Positions 41,849 to 56,600 of a stretch of DNA of 64,000 bases are shown piece by piece. A program made the position numbers and the translations under genes. Origin of the DNA: Anaeramoeba ignava BMAN (Eukaryota > Protista > Anaeramoebae); NCBI GenBank assembly GCA_028826165.1, contig JAPDFW010000092.1, positions 992,001 to 1,056,000 on the forward strand, read 5' to 3'. The notes beneath the pieces are model-generated. The model was not told the DNA's origin and made no database searches. It worked only from the letters and a program-made list of their open reading frames with translations. Position 1 is the first letter of the stretch; each line of letters starts with the position of its first letter.

Positions 41849-44412
41849 TTATTTATATTTTTCAATCCATTCTAAATATTTTCCCATTTCTTTTCCTCTT
41901 TCTTTTTTCTTTTCTATTTTCAAAATTTGAAGAAAATCTGAAAATTGAATTTTTGGTAATTGTAATGAATCTTTTGGAATATCTTTTAATTCAATTTTTA
42001 TTGCTCCTTCTTCATATTCTTCACAAGGAATATAAAATATTTCTGGTTCATTGCTATTATCATTACTTATTTGTTGAATCTATTTTAATTTTAATTTTGA
42101 TTTTGATTTTGATTTTGATTTTGATTTTGATTTTAATTTTAATTTTGATTTTAATTTTGATTTTAATTTTGATTTTAATTTTGATTTTGATTTTAATTAA
42201 TAAATTTTAATTTTGAATTTGATTTTAATTTTGATTTTAATTTTAATTTTGGTTTTGATTTTGAATTTTGATTTTAATTTTAATTTTAATTTTGATTTTG
42301 ATTTTGATTTTGATTTTGATTTTGATTTTAATTTTAATTTTAATTTTAATTAGATTGTTACTTTTTTAAAATATTTGGAATTTTGAATTTTTTGGATTGG
42401 AATCGTAAAAACTTTTTTAAAAAGATCTTTTATTTCTAATGGTGTAAAATCATTTGTGTTTTCTGCTAATAATTGTATTTCTTCTACTTTAAGATTTAAA
42501 TTTAATTCTTTTAACAAATTTTGGATCATTTGAAATCTATCATTTTCTTGAGGTAAAGGAAAAAATTGTTTTCGAAATCTTTTTATATTGAATAGAATTT
42601 TGAATTGAATTTTTGAATTTTGAATTGAATTTTGAATTGAATTTTGAATTGAATTTTGAATTGAATTTTGAATAAATTGAATTGAATATTGAATTGAATT
42701 TTGAATTGAATTTTGAATTGAATATTGAATTGAATTTTGAATTGAATTTTGAATTGAATTTTGAATTGAATTTTGAATTGAATTTTGAATTGAATATTGA
42801 ATTGAATATTGAATTGAATATTGAATTGAATATTGAATTGAATATTGAATTGAATTTTGAATTGAATTTTGAATTGAATTTTGAATTGAATATTGAATAT
42901 TGAATTGAAATTGAATTGAATTTTGAATTGAATTTTGAATTGAATATTGAATTGAATTTTGAATTGAATTTTGAATTGAATTTTGAATTGAATTTTGAAT
43001 TGGATATTGAATTGAATTTTGAATTGAATTTTGAATTGAATTTTGAATTGAATTTTGAATTGAATTTTGAATTGAATATTGAATTGAATTTTGAATTGAA
43101 TTTTGAATTTTAAATTGAATTGAATTTTGAATTGAATTTTGAATTGAATTTTAGAATTTTGAATTGAATTTTGAATTGAATTTTGAATTGAATTTTGAAT
43201 TGAATTTTGAATTGAATATTGAATTGAATTGAATTTTGAATTGAATATTGAATTGAATTTTGAATTGAATTTTGGATTGAATTTTGAATTGAATTTTGAA
43301 TTGAATATTGAAATTTAAATCAAAAAATAACCTTTTAAGAATAACTTGATCAATTTCCCAAGGATTTTCTGATGTTCCAATAACAAAAAGATCTTGAAAT
43401 TGTCGACTGTTTTCTAATTGAATCAAAAGTTCAGTTTTTAATCTTCGATTAGATTCACCTTCTCCATAATTATTGGAACAAAATAATTCAATTTCTTCAA
43501 AACAAATTAAAGCTGGTAAATAATCTTGCGCTGTTTCAAATATATATCGCAAAATTTTTTCTGCTTCTCCACACCATTGTGAGAAAAAACTGCATGTAGA
43601 TACTAAAAATAAAGATAGATGATATTCTGCTGCCAAAGCTGAACATAATGCTTTCTTTCCTACTCCATATGTCTGTGTATTGTTAATAATCCATTTAATT
43701 GTTTTTGATTAAAAAAATAATCAATCAAATCTTGTTTGAGTAATTGATTTAAATTAATACTCCTGAAAAAATGATATAATTATTTATATTATGTCTTTTG
43801 CAAAATTGAGGGAATTTTAGTGGAATAATTATTATTTCCTTCATTAATTGTTTTACTTCTTCTAATCCAACAATTTCATCTAATGTAATTATTGGTGATG
43901 TATAAAGGTATTTTTCAATAGCTAAATGTATTTTTTGCTAAAATTTGTTTTTTTATAAAATCCAAAATCCAAATTTTAAATTGATTATAAATTTTTTTTT
44001 TCTAATATACTTTTTGTGCACTTGGTCTTTGAATTTTGTTAGAAAAATAATTATTTGTTTGATTTGTTTGATTTGTTTGATTTGTTTGATTTGTTTGTTG
44101 AATGTTTTGAATTTTTTTGATTTGTTTGATTCTTTGAAGAATTAAATTCAAAATTGATTTTGCATTTTCTTTCTTTTTTTCATCACTATTTGCTTTTTAA
44201 ATTTTTTGAATTAAAATTTTTTGAATTAAAATTTTTTGAATTAAAATTTTTTGAATTGAATTTAATTGAGATTTTTTACTTGAATTTTTTATTATTTCAT
44301 ATAATTTTTTTGCAACATTTGTTAATAATTTAATTGCTTCTTCATAATTTTTTAATTTTTCTAATTCAATTGCTTTTTGAATTGTTTGATAAAAAAATTC
44401 TTTTGAATTCAT
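41849..44412 (-). CDS. VPS4-like MIT-AAA protein with degenerate catalytic motifs, 5 exons
   Basis: MIT-like N-terminus (IQKAIELEKLKNYEEAIKLL); ITLDEIVGLEEVKQLMKEIIIIPLKFPQF; SQWCGEAEK; GEGESNRRLKTELLIQ; VPS4 beta-domain-like IPCEEYEEGAIKIEL. A frameshift occurs near 44200. Confidence 0.8.
42580..43330 (-). repeat. Intron of the VPS4-like gene made of 12-bp (GAATTGAATTTT)n repeats
   Basis: Near-perfect dodecamer array; it produces the spurious NFEL-repeat ORFs. Confidence 0.9.
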
Positions 44413-44701
44413 TTTTAAAAATTTGTTTTTAAAAAAAATGATTTGAAAAAAAATGGAAAATTTTTGGAATGAAGATTGCTCTTTTATCAATCAAACAAAA
44501 AAAAAATTTCATTGAAAAAAACTCGGAGAGTATTGACTATCCGAAGTGAAATGATCAAATAGTAATTGAAAATCAAAAAAAAAAAGAATTTGAATTTTTG
44601 AATTTGAATTTGAATTTGAATTTTGAAATTTGGAAAAAAAGAAAAAAAAAGGAAAGAAGACGAAATAAAGTGAGTTAGAGATAATTCGTCTATTTCATCA
44701 T

Positions 44702-45794
<1,093 letters not shown>

Positions 45795-46124
45795 TTTTTT
45801 TTTTAAATTTAAAAAAAATAGCAAGTAAAAAAAGAAAAGAAAATTAAAACAAAAAAAATATAAAAAGAAAAATAAAAGTAAAAAAAAATGAAAAAAAAAA
45901 ATTAAAAAAAAATTTTTTCTTTTTAAATTAAAATAAAAAATAAAAAGGAGAAAAAAAATTAAAATAATAAAAATTTTTCTTCTTTTTTATTTTTAAATTA
46001 AGAATAAAAGAGAATAAAAGAAAATAAAAGAAAATAAAAGAAAATAAAAGAAAATAAAAGAAAATAAAAGAAAATAAAAGAGAATAAAAGAGAATAAAAG
46101 AGAATTAATTGAAAAAAAAGCTTT

Positions 46125-46565
46125 TTAATTGATTAAAAATATAAATTTTAATTTTAATTTTAATTTTAATTTAAATTTTAATTTTAATTTTAATTTTAAT
46201 TTAAATTTTAATTTTAATTTTAATTTTAATTTTAAAAACATACCAACTATAACAATAATCCAACAAATTAATGTAAGTGATCCACAAATAATATCTCTCC
46301 AACTTCTTAATTTGATAATCAAAACTGTAAACAGGATGATAAAACAACTTAAACCAATAACAGACATAACAAGACCTGCTTTTTGTGATGAATCAAATAA
46401 ACTCACAATAAATGAAAGTAAAAAATAAAGAAAAGATGAAACTCCAAAAAGTAATGTTTTCATTCCTGCTGTTTTTCTTGCTAAATAAACTATTAATGCA
46501 TAAATTCCAACTACAACTCCATATATTATTGTAACTGCTTGTGCTACTAATACTGATGATGCCAT
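46125..46565 (-). CDS. Small protein with about 4 TM helices, function unknown; 3' end uncertain (probable intron from GTATGT at about 46243)
   Basis: Four hydrophobic segments in the first about 108 aa. The LKLK tail is translated intron microsatellite. Confidence 0.55.
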   Translation of the reverse strand: MASSVLVAQAVTIIYGVVVGIYALIVYLARKTAGMKTLLFGVSSFLYFLLSFIVSLFDSSQKAGLVMSVIGLSCFIILFTVLIIKLRSWRDIICGSLTLICWIIVIVGMFLKLKLKLKLKFKLKLKLKLKFKLKLKLKLKFIFLIN

Positions 46566-46664
46566 TTATTATTTTTTGTTTACTATTTTTATTATTTTAA
46601 ATTAAATTCGAAAAAGAAAAAAAAGAAAAAAAAATGATTTTTATTTTTTTTTTAAAATGATCAA

Positions 46665-47650
46665 AAAAAAAATGAAAATAGATTTAATTTAATATTTAAT
46701 TTATAAATTAATTTAAAAATATAATTTAATATTTAATTTTATTATTAAAATAATAATTTAATGTTTTAGATTTAAATATTTTATTATTTAAATATTTAAC
46801 ATATAAATATAAAAAATGAAAATAGATTTAATTTAATATTTAATTTAGAAATTAATTTAAAAATATAATTTAATATTTAATTTTATGTCTAAAATAATAA
46901 TTTAATGTTTTAGATTTAAATATTTTATTATCTAAATATTTAACATATAAATATAAAAATGAGAATAGATTTAATTTAATATTTAATTTATAAATTAATT
47001 TAAAAATATAATTTAATATTTAATTTTATTATTTGAAAAATAATAATTTATTGTTTCAGATTTAAATATTTTATTATTTAAATATTTAACATATAAATAT
47101 AAAAATGAAAATAGATTTAATTTAATATTTAATTTATAAATTAATTTAAAAATATAATTTAATATTTAATTTTATTATTAAATTAATAATTTAATGTTTT
47201 TAGATTTAAATATTTTATTATTTAAATATTTAACATAAAAATATAAAAATGAAAATAGATTTAATTTAATATTCAATTTATAATTTAATTTAAAAATATA
47301 ATTTATTATTTAGTTTTATTATTAAAAATAATAATTTATTGTTTTAGATTTAAATATTTTATTATTTAAAATATTTAACATATAAATATAAAAAATGAGA
47401 ATTGATTTAATTTAATATTTAATTTAGAAATTAATTTAAAAATATAATTTAATATTTAATTTTATTATTAAAATAATAATTTAATGTTTTAGATTTAAAT
47501 ATTTTATTATTTAAATATTTAACATATAAATATAAAAAATGAGAATAGATTTAATTTAATATTTAATTTATAAATTAATTTATAAATTAATTTAATATTT
47601 AATTTTATTATTAAAATAATAATTTATTGTTTTAGATTTAAATATTTAGT
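46665..47650. repeat. Satellite array A-left: about 144-bp unit, about 7 copies
   Basis: The unit marker AAATG(A/G)AATAGATTT recurs at about 46678, 46821, 46965, 47111, 47255, 47400 and 47545. Confidence 0.92.
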
Positions 47651-47720
47651 GATTTCGGAACATTTTGAAATTTTATTGTTTTGAAAGCAAAAAAAAAGAA
47701 GAAGAAAAGAAATAATTGTT

Positions 47721-50081
47721 TTAGTTTGATTGTTTTGATTTTGAAATGAAAAAATCTTTGATTTGATCAAGAGAAAAAGAAGGTTTTAAAAGAGATAAGG
47801 AGTTTGCATTTACTAAAATAACTGGATCGAAAGAAAATTGTGAAGTAGTTTCCCAATAATTTTCAGCAGTAATATAAACATAATATTGATTTTGAGGAAG
47901 AACAAATTGGTTTTCTTGACTTTTTTCCTTGAATTCATTCTTTTCTTGATTTTCTTCATTCTTTTCTTGATTTGATAACAAATTGATTTTTTCTGAATCA
48001 AATTTCATTCCAGCTAAATTTGAATAGTATTCCAACAACGAAACTTTCTTTTCTTGAATAGAAAATTCAGATAATGAAAACAAATCATCTACTTTCTTAG
48101 AATGTTGGTTATATTTTTGAACAGAAACTTGAATGTAAAATAATTCCTTTTCATCTTCTTGATTTTTGGATAAACAAACAAAATCTATAACCCAATGATT
48201 TCCAAAACAAACAATAAAATCTCCAACTTCAATTTTTTTTAAAGGTTTTTCTCTTTCTTGATGAATGAAATTTTTAATTTTAATTTCAAAAGATTTTGGA
48301 ATTCCTTTGTTTCCTTTCAAATCAAAATTATCAAGTGTGATTTGAGAATTAATTTGTGAGTGAAATAAATTAAGAACAAATAATTCGAATGCCCACCCTC
48401 TGATATTTAATGAACAGAGAGTTCGAATAAAATTGATTTCTTGAAGTTGAAAAATTTGAATAATTGCTTCTTTCACAAATTCACAAATAGGAAGAATCTT
48501 TTTTTTCTTTTGAAATTTCCTAAAATTTGCATTTAGATGAGCATGAGTAGCTTTTTTATTTTCGAAATTCTTTTGATTTCTGTTATTTTCATCTGGAAGT
48601 AAAATATGATAAAATAAACCTGATTTTTCCCAAATTGGAGGTAAAACATTCAAATTATGATTTAGATATACTAGAGTAGGAAATATAATCTGTTGATAGA
48701 AAGAAGAATCGTTTTTGTTTTGAAATATTTTTTCAAGAAAGTATTCAATTCTTGTTTGATAAAAATCAATACTATTTGACACACATTGATAAGTAAAGTC
48801 ATTTGTTGTTTGATCATAATCTTTCCAATTTTGATAAGTTAATGATACAATATCCAGCATTTGAGGAACTTGATTCGTAAATTTTTGAAAAGTTTTAATT
48901 GAATTTTTTTGAGGAAGTTTTCTTTCTTTTTGTTTCCATTTACAAATCGAATTAAATTCAAATTTATTATAAAATCTAATTTCTGTTCCATAAAGTAATA
49001 AATTTAAATCAGGAATTTTATGATGATCAAAACTTGAACTCAGAGCAACTAGAAGCATTCCATTTCTGATTGAAGGGAAGTATCTAAAAACATTCAAAAT
49101 ATGATTAATATCAAATTTCTCTCGATAAAGGATATTAAATTCATCAATCGCAATCAAAATTCGAAATTTGTGAGTTTTTAAGTAGAATAAATTTTGTAAA
49201 AAATTTCTACAACTTTCAATAATTTCTTCTTTCATTTCAGTTGTGAATTTGGTTGAAAAGAATAAATCTTCTTCGAAATCAAATTTACATGTTTGAAATA
49301 ATTTCTTTCCATATCTGTGAAACAAATCTTCCATAATCCTCTTTGCAACATAAAAACTGGATTCATTAATCAAACTATTTAAATCGTTTAAATATAAAAC
49401 AACCCATTTTTCCTGTTTTTTTCCATAAGTTTTTGTTCTTTTTTGCTTTTCTTCTTTTTGATCAGAAATTAAATTGATATTTTCTTTTTCATCAACTTGA
49501 AATTGATGAAATCTATCTTGATTTGAATGTATTAGTTTTTTTTCATCCATTTCATTTGTGTGATTTTTTGAATTTGATTTTGAATTTTGATTCCTTTTAA
49601 TCTTTTCCTGTTTTTTCCAATTTGGCTTGTCATTTCCATCAAAATCGAAAGAAAAATAAAAATAAAAATAAAAAGAAAAATTAGTAAATGTTTTTTTGTA
49701 AGTTTGATTTATCAAATAATTGATTTGTGAAAAAACCTTTGATACATGAAATTGAGAGAAATATGCTGCTATATGATAGAGTGTATAGGATTTTCCTGCT
49801 CCATTTGATCCATATAGAACTTGTTTTCTTGAAATTCCTTTTTTGATTTTTTTGATTAAATTTTGAGTTTGTTTTCGAATCAAAATTGCTGATAATTTTC
49901 CTTGTTTTTCAAAATTGATATTTGATTCTTCCCAATCAAAAATATTAGAAGGTATTCCACCAATTTTGTTCACATTTTCTGGTTTTGTATGTAAATCTAA
50001 TGGTATTTCTTCTAATTCTTTTTCCATTTCTTCTTTAGTTACAATTCTTTTTGGTTTTTCTTTCTGATTTGATTTTGACAT
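47721..50081 (-). CDS. P-loop NTPase + C-terminal PD-(D/E)xK restriction-endonuclease-like protein (Crinkler/RHS-type NTPase-REase architecture)
   Basis: First ATG at 50081 (MSKSNQ). Walker A VLYGSNGAGKS, Walker B ILIAIDEFN, C-terminal RGWAFELFV...NHWVIDFV...LFYIQVS. Confidence 0.65.
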   Translation of the reverse strand: MSKSNQKEKPKRIVTKEEMEKELEEIPLDLHTKPENVNKIGGIPSNIFDWEESNINFEKQGKLSAILIRKQTQNLIKKIKKGISRKQVLYGSNGAGKSYTLYHIAAYFSQFHVSKVFSQINYLINQTYKKTFTNFSFYFYFYFSFDFDGNDKPNWKKQEKIKRNQNSKSNSKNHTNEMDEKKLIHSNQDRFHQFQVDEKENINLISDQKEEKQKRTKTYGKKQEKWVVLYLNDLNSLINESSFYVAKRIMEDLFHRYGKKLFQTCKFDFEEDLFFSTKFTTEMKEEIIESCRNFLQNLFYLKTHKFRILIAIDEFNILYREKFDINHILNVFRYFPSIRNGMLLVALSSSFDHHKIPDLNLLLYGTEIRFYNKFEFNSICKWKQKERKLPQKNSIKTFQKFTNQVPQMLDIVSLTYQNWKDYDQTTNDFTYQCVSNSIDFYQTRIEYFLEKIFQNKNDSSFYQQIIFPTLVYLNHNLNVLPPIWEKSGLFYHILLPDENNRNQKNFENKKATHAHLNANFRKFQKKKKILPICEFVKEAIIQIFQLQEINFIRTLCSLNIRGWAFELFVLNLFHSQINSQITLDNFDLKGNKGIPKSFEIKIKNFIHQEREKPLKKIEVGDFIVCFGNHWVIDFVCLSKNQEDEKELFYIQVSVQKYNQHSKKVDDLFSLSEFSIQEKKVSLLEYYSNLAGMKFDSEKINLLSNQEKNEENQEKNEFKEKSQENQFVLPQNQYYVYITAENYWETTSQFSFDPVILVNANSLSLLKPSFSLDQIKDFFISKSKQSN

Positions 50082-50229
50082 TAAAAAAAATAAAAGAATG
50101 AGAAATAAAATGAAAAAAAAAATTTTTTTTGAATTTTCTTTTAAAGATCTCAACTTCTTGTTTTTGGAAATTTTTTGATTTTTTTTTTTGAAAATGACAT
50201 TGACATTTTGATCTTTATTAATGAAATAA

Positions 50230-51075
50230 AAAAAAATGAAAATATATTTAATTTAATATTTAATTTATAAATTAATTTAAAAATATAATTTAATATTTAA
50301 TTTTATTATTAAAATAATAATTTAATGTTTTAGATTTAAATATTTTATTATTTAAATATTTAACATATAAATATAAAAAATGGGAATAGATTTAATTTAA
50401 TATTTAATTTATAAATTAATTTAAAAATAATATTTAATATTTAATTTTATTATTGAAATAATAATTCAATGTTTTAAATTTAAATATTTTATTATTTAAA
50501 TATTTAAAATATAAATATAAAAATAAGAATAGATTTAATTTAATATTTAATTTATAAATTAATTTAAAAATATAATTTATTATTTAATTTTATTATTAAA
50601 ATAATAATTTAATGTTTTAGATTTAAATATTTTATTATTTAAATATTTAACATATAAATATAAAAATAAGAATAGATTTAATTTAATATTTAATTTATAA
50701 ATTAATTTAAAAATATAATTTAATATTTAATTTTATGTTTAAAATAATAATTTATTGTTTTAGATTTAAATATTTTATTATTTAAATATTAAACATATAA
50801 ATATAAAAATAAGAATAGATTTAATTTAATATTTAATTTATAAATTAATTTAAAAATATAATTTAATATTTAATTTTATTATTAAAATAATAATTTAATG
50901 TTTTAGATTTAAATATTTTATTATTTAAATATTTAACATAAAAATATAAAAATGAGAATAGGTTTAATTTAATATTTAATTTATAATTTAATTTAAAAAT
51001 ATAATTTAATATTTAATTTTATTATTAAAATAATAATTTAATGTTTTAGATTTAAATATTTTATTATTTAAAAAT
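50230..51075. repeat. Satellite array A-right: same about 144-bp unit and same orientation as A-left, about 6 copies
   Basis: The unit marker recurs at about 50242, 50386, 50529, 50672, 50815 and 50958. Confidence 0.92.
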
Positions 51076-51475
51076 ATTTTGAAAATTGATTTTTTTTAAA
51101 TTAAAATTTTATCTTTTTTTTTGAATTAAATTGAATTAATATTAATTTAGAAATTTGTTTTAAAATTTAAATTTATTAATAATTTTTAAATTCCAAAAAA
51201 AAAATTAAATTAAAAATTAAATTAAAATAATTTTCCTTTTTTAATAAAAATTAATAAAAATAATAATAATTTATTAATAAATTAATTTAAAATAATAAAT
51301 TAAAAAGAAAATTAAATTAATTATTAATTTAAATTTATTCTTATTTTTATATTTTTATTCATTTTCAAAAATCCACTTTTTTTATTTTATTTTTATTAAA
51401 ATTTTTTTTTCATTTTTTTCCTTTTTTTTTAAAACACAAAACACAAAAACAAAAACAAAAAAACAAAAAAACAAA

Positions 51476-53188
51476 ATGGATAATAATAATAATAATAACC
51501 AAATTGAAAATGCAAATCAAAATCAAAAATGAAAATGAAAAGAAAAATTTAGAAAAAAAGTAACAAAAATTTAATTAAAGATTATTCAAACCTTTTAAAT
51601 GGAAATTCATTTAAAAGATTTTTCAATTTTTGTTGAGAATAAATCAAATCCTTTTGAAATTAAAGTTCATAAATCAATTTTATCTTCGAGATCTCCTTTT
51701 TAATGAATCATTAAGGCAAGAATCTCTTTCTATTTCTTTAAATCAATTTAATAAAAAGAAATGGAATCAATTTTGAGTTATATTTATTATGGAAATATTT
51801 CTTTTTGAGAATCAAGAAAATCTTATTCAATTATTGGAAATTTCAATTTATTTTAAATTAAATTTATTGAAAGAAATTATTCAAAAAAAATTTTAAATTC
51901 AATTAATTATTCAAATTTTTTCCAATTTTTTTTCCAAAATCGAAATTTAAATTCAAATGAAATTGAAATAAAATGTTTTGAATTAATAAATCAAAATTTT
52001 TCCCAAATTCAGAATAATGAGAATTTATTCAATTTAACTAAAGAAGAGATTATCAAATTTATTCAATTTAAACAAGAAAAAAAAGAAATTTTTCAATTTG
52101 ATTTTTCAATTTTTAAATAATTGGATTGAAAAAGAAATCAAAGATTAAAAGGAAAGAAAGAAAAAGAAAAAGAAAAAGAAAAAGGAATTGAAAAGAAAAG
52201 ATTATTTCATTCTTTTTTTCATTATTTGATAAAGATTCAATTTCAAAACAAGATTTTGATAAATTAAAACAATTTGATTTTTCCTAAATCTTTTTAGTTG
52301 ATATTCAAAACAAAGTTATTCAAGATAATCAAAAAAAATTGAAAACAAAGAAATTGAAGTTGAAGTTGAAAATAAAGAGAAAGAAAATCAACAAATGAAA
52401 ATTGAAATTGAAACAAAGAGAGAAATGGAAGAAATGGAAAGAAATTGATGACGAAAAAACAAAGAAAAAGAGAAAATAAAAAGAAAGAAAATGAAGAAAT
52501 GGAAAAAAAGTTTTTGATAAAATAAAGAAATGAAGATAAAAACAAAGAAATTGAAGAGAAATGGAAGAAAGCAGTCGAGAAAATGAAACCTGTTTTTGAT
52601 GAAATTGAAGAAATGAAAAAACAATTTCAGAGTTTTTGGAATTCAGAAATTATTAAAGAAATTGAATATGTTAAGAAATTACAAGAATGGATAAATGATA
52701 ATGATTTTTTTTCTAAAATGAAAAAAGGATTTTCAGCAAAAAGAGATGGATTTTCTTGTCAAAATTGGCATAAAGCAGTTGATGGGAAAGGAAAAACATT
52801 AGTTATTATCAAAACAAAAGATAATTTTATTTTTGGTGGTTTTACTAAAGTTGGATATAAATATTCACAAAGTGGAGAATACATTAATGATTCAAATGCA
52901 TTTATTTTTTCATTAAGAAATGATAAAGGGGATAGAATACCTGCAAAGTTTACTTGTAAAGAACCTCAATATGCAATTTATTCTCGCTTTAACGATCATG
53001 GTCCAATATTTGGTGATTGTGGAAATGATTTTTGTTTATATTCTAATTTACAACCTGGTTTATCAAATTTTGGTAGAAGTTATAATCTACCTAATGGAAT
53101 TACTCAAGGAACAAATGAAGCTAAAAGTTATTTAGCTGGTTCTTATTCTTCATGGGTTGTTGATGAACTTGAAACTTATTTCATTTAA
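51476..53188 (+). CDS. BTB + coiled-coil + TLDc protein; the 5' two-thirds is broken by many homopolymer indels (unpolished multicopy gene or pseudogene)
   Basis: Frame-corrected KDFSIFVENKSNPFEIKVHKSILSSRSPFF...ILSYIYYGNI (BTB). Intact TLDc: FSAKRDGFSCQNWHKAVDGKGKTLVIIKTKDNFIFGGFT...AFIFSL...GPIFG...ELETYFI*. Confidence 0.8.
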
Positions 53189-53629
53189 AAATTAATTAAT
53201 AATAAGAAAATCAAACTTTTTTTTTTTAATTTTTTTTTTCAAAATTTAATTCAATTTTAATTTACTTTTAATCAAATTAATTTCTTTAAAATAATAAATA
53301 AGAAACAAATTTAATTTTAAATAATTTAATTTTAATTTAAAATATTTATTAAAAATTTAATTAATAAAAATAATCCAAAAAAAAAATAATAAATTTTAAA
53401 AAATTGAATATTTTTAATATAATAAATAAAAATAAAAATTGAAAATAGAAATTAATAATAATTAAATTTAAATTCATTAATTAAAATATTAAAATAAAAA
53501 AATCAAATAAAATTTATTATTAATTAATATTTAAATATTAATAAATTATAATCAAAATCAAAAATAGAATAATTAGTAAATTATTTTTAGAAAGTTTATC
53601 TTATTCAATCATGTTAAATTCAATTTATT

Positions 53630-56600
53630 TAAAAATTTTTAATTTTTATTTTTATTTTTAATATATTTTATTATAATTAAAATTGAATAATAAATAATCA
53701 AAAATATTAATATAATAAATAAAAATATTATATCAAATTAAATTAAAATAAATTTAAATTAAATTATTATTAAATATTATTAAAATTAAATATATATCTT
53801 TATTAAAATATTTTATTCCACTTTTTTAATATATTTTATTATAATTAAAATTAGAATAATAAATAATTAAAAATATTAATATAATAAATAAAAATATTAA
53901 ATCAAATTAAAATAAAATAAATTTAAATTAAATTATTATTAAATATTATTAAAATTAAATATATATATTTATTAAAATATTTATTCCACTTTTTAATATA
54001 TTTTATTATAATTAAAATTGAAATAATAAATAATTAAAAATATTAATATAATAAATAAAAATATTATATTAAATTAAATTAAAATAAATTTTAAATTAAA
54101 TTATTATTAAATATTAAAATTAAATATTTATCTTTATTAAAATATTTTTATTCCACATTTTTAATATATTTTATTATAATTAAAATTGAATAATAAATAA
54201 TTAAAAATATTAATATAATAAATAAAAACATTATTTCAATTTAAAATAAAATAAATTTAAATTAAATTCAAATTAATTATTATTAAAATTAAATATTTAT
54301 CTTTATTAAAAATATTTATTCCACTTTTTAATTTATTTTTATTATAATTAAAATTGGAATAATAAATAATCAAAAATATTAATATAATAAATAAAAATAT
54401 TATATTAAATTAAATTAAAATAAATTTAAAATAAATTATTATTAAATATTATTAAAATTAAATATTTATATTTTTATTAAAATATTTATTCCACTTTTTA
54501 ATATATTTTATTATAATTAAAATTGGAATAATAAATAATTAAAAATATTAATATAATAAATAAAAATATTATATTAAATTAAAAATAAAATAAATTTAAA
54601 TTAAATTATTAATTATTATTAAAATTAAATATTTATTTTTATTAAAATATTTATTCCACTTTTTAATATATTTTATTATAATTAAAATTGGAATAATAAA
54701 TAATTAAAAATATTAATATAATAAATAAAAATATTATTTAAATTTAAAATAAAAATAAATCTAAATTAAATTATTATTAATTATTATTAAAATTAAATAT
54801 TTATATTTATTAAAATATTTATTCCACTTTTTTTAATATATTTTATTATAATTAAAATTGAAATAATAAATAATCAAAAATATTAATATAATAAATAAAA
54901 ATATTATTTTAATTTAAAAATAAAATAAATTTTAAATTAAATTATTATTAAATATTATTAAAATTAAATATATATTTTATTAAAATATTTATTCCACTTT
55001 TTAATATATTTTATTATAATTAAAATTAGAATAATAAATAATTAAAAATATTAATATAATAAATAAAAATATTATATAAAATTAAAATAAAATAAATTTA
55101 AATTAAATTATTAATTATTATTAAAATTAATTACTTATCTTTATTAAAATATTTATTCCACTTTTTAATATATTTTATTATAATTAAAATTGAAATAATA
55201 AATAATCAAAAATAATTAATATAATAAATGAAAATATTAAATCAAATTAAAATAAAATAAATCTAAATTAAATTATTAAATATTATTAAAATTAAATATA
55301 AATTAAAATTTTTAATATATATTTTATTATAATTAAAATTGGAATAATAAATAATTAAAAAAATATTAATATAATAAATAAAAATAATAAATAAAATTAA
55401 AATAAAATAATTTTAAATTAAATTATTATTAAATATTATTAAAATTAATTATTTATATTTATTAAAATATTTATTCAACTTTTTAATATATTTTATTATA
55501 ATTAAAATTGAAATAATAAATAATTAAAAATAATTTAATAAATAGGAACATTATTTCAATTTAAATTAAAATAAAATAAATTTAAATTAAATTCAAATTA
55601 ATTATTATTAAAATTAAATATTTATATTTATTAAAATATTTATTCAACTTTTTAATATTTTATTATAATTAAAATTGAAATAATAAATAATTAAAAATAT
55701 TAATATAATAAATAAAAACATTATTTTAATTTAAAATAAAATAAATTTAAATTAAATTATTATTAAATATTATTAAAATTAAATATATATCTTTATTAAA
55801 ATATTTATTCCACTTTTTAATATATTTTATTATAATTAAAATTGAAATAATAAATAATTAAAAATATTAATAAAATAAAAATAATTATTTTAATTTAAAA
55901 TAAAATAAATTTAAATTATTATTAAATATTATTAAAATTAAATATTTATATTTAAATTTATTCAACTTTTTAATATATTTTATTATAATTAAAATTGAAA
56001 TAATAAATAATTAAAAATATTAATATAATAAATAAAAATATTATTTTAAATTAAAATAAAATAAAATCTAAATTAAATTATTATTAATTATTATTAAAAT
56101 TAAATATATATTTTTTATTAAAATATTTATTCCACTTTTTAATATATTTTATTATAATTAAAATTAGAATAATAAATAATTAAAAATATTAATATAATAA
56201 ATAAAAATATTAAATTAAATTAAAATAAAATAAATTTTAAATTAAATTATTATTAATTATTATTAAAATTAAATATATATCTTTATTAAAATATTTATTC
56301 CACTTTTTAATTTATTTTATTATAATTAAAATTGGAATAATAAATAATCAAAAATATTAATATAATAAATAAAAACATTATTTCAATTTAAAATAAAATA
56401 AATCTAAATTAAATTATTATTAATTATTATTAAAATTAATTATTTATCTTTATTAAAATATTTATTCCACTTTTTAATATATTTTATTATAATTAAAATT
56501 GAAATAATAAATAATCAAAAATATTAATATAAATAAATAAAAATAATAAATCAAATTAAATTAAAATAAATTTAAATTAAATTCAAATTAATTATTATTA

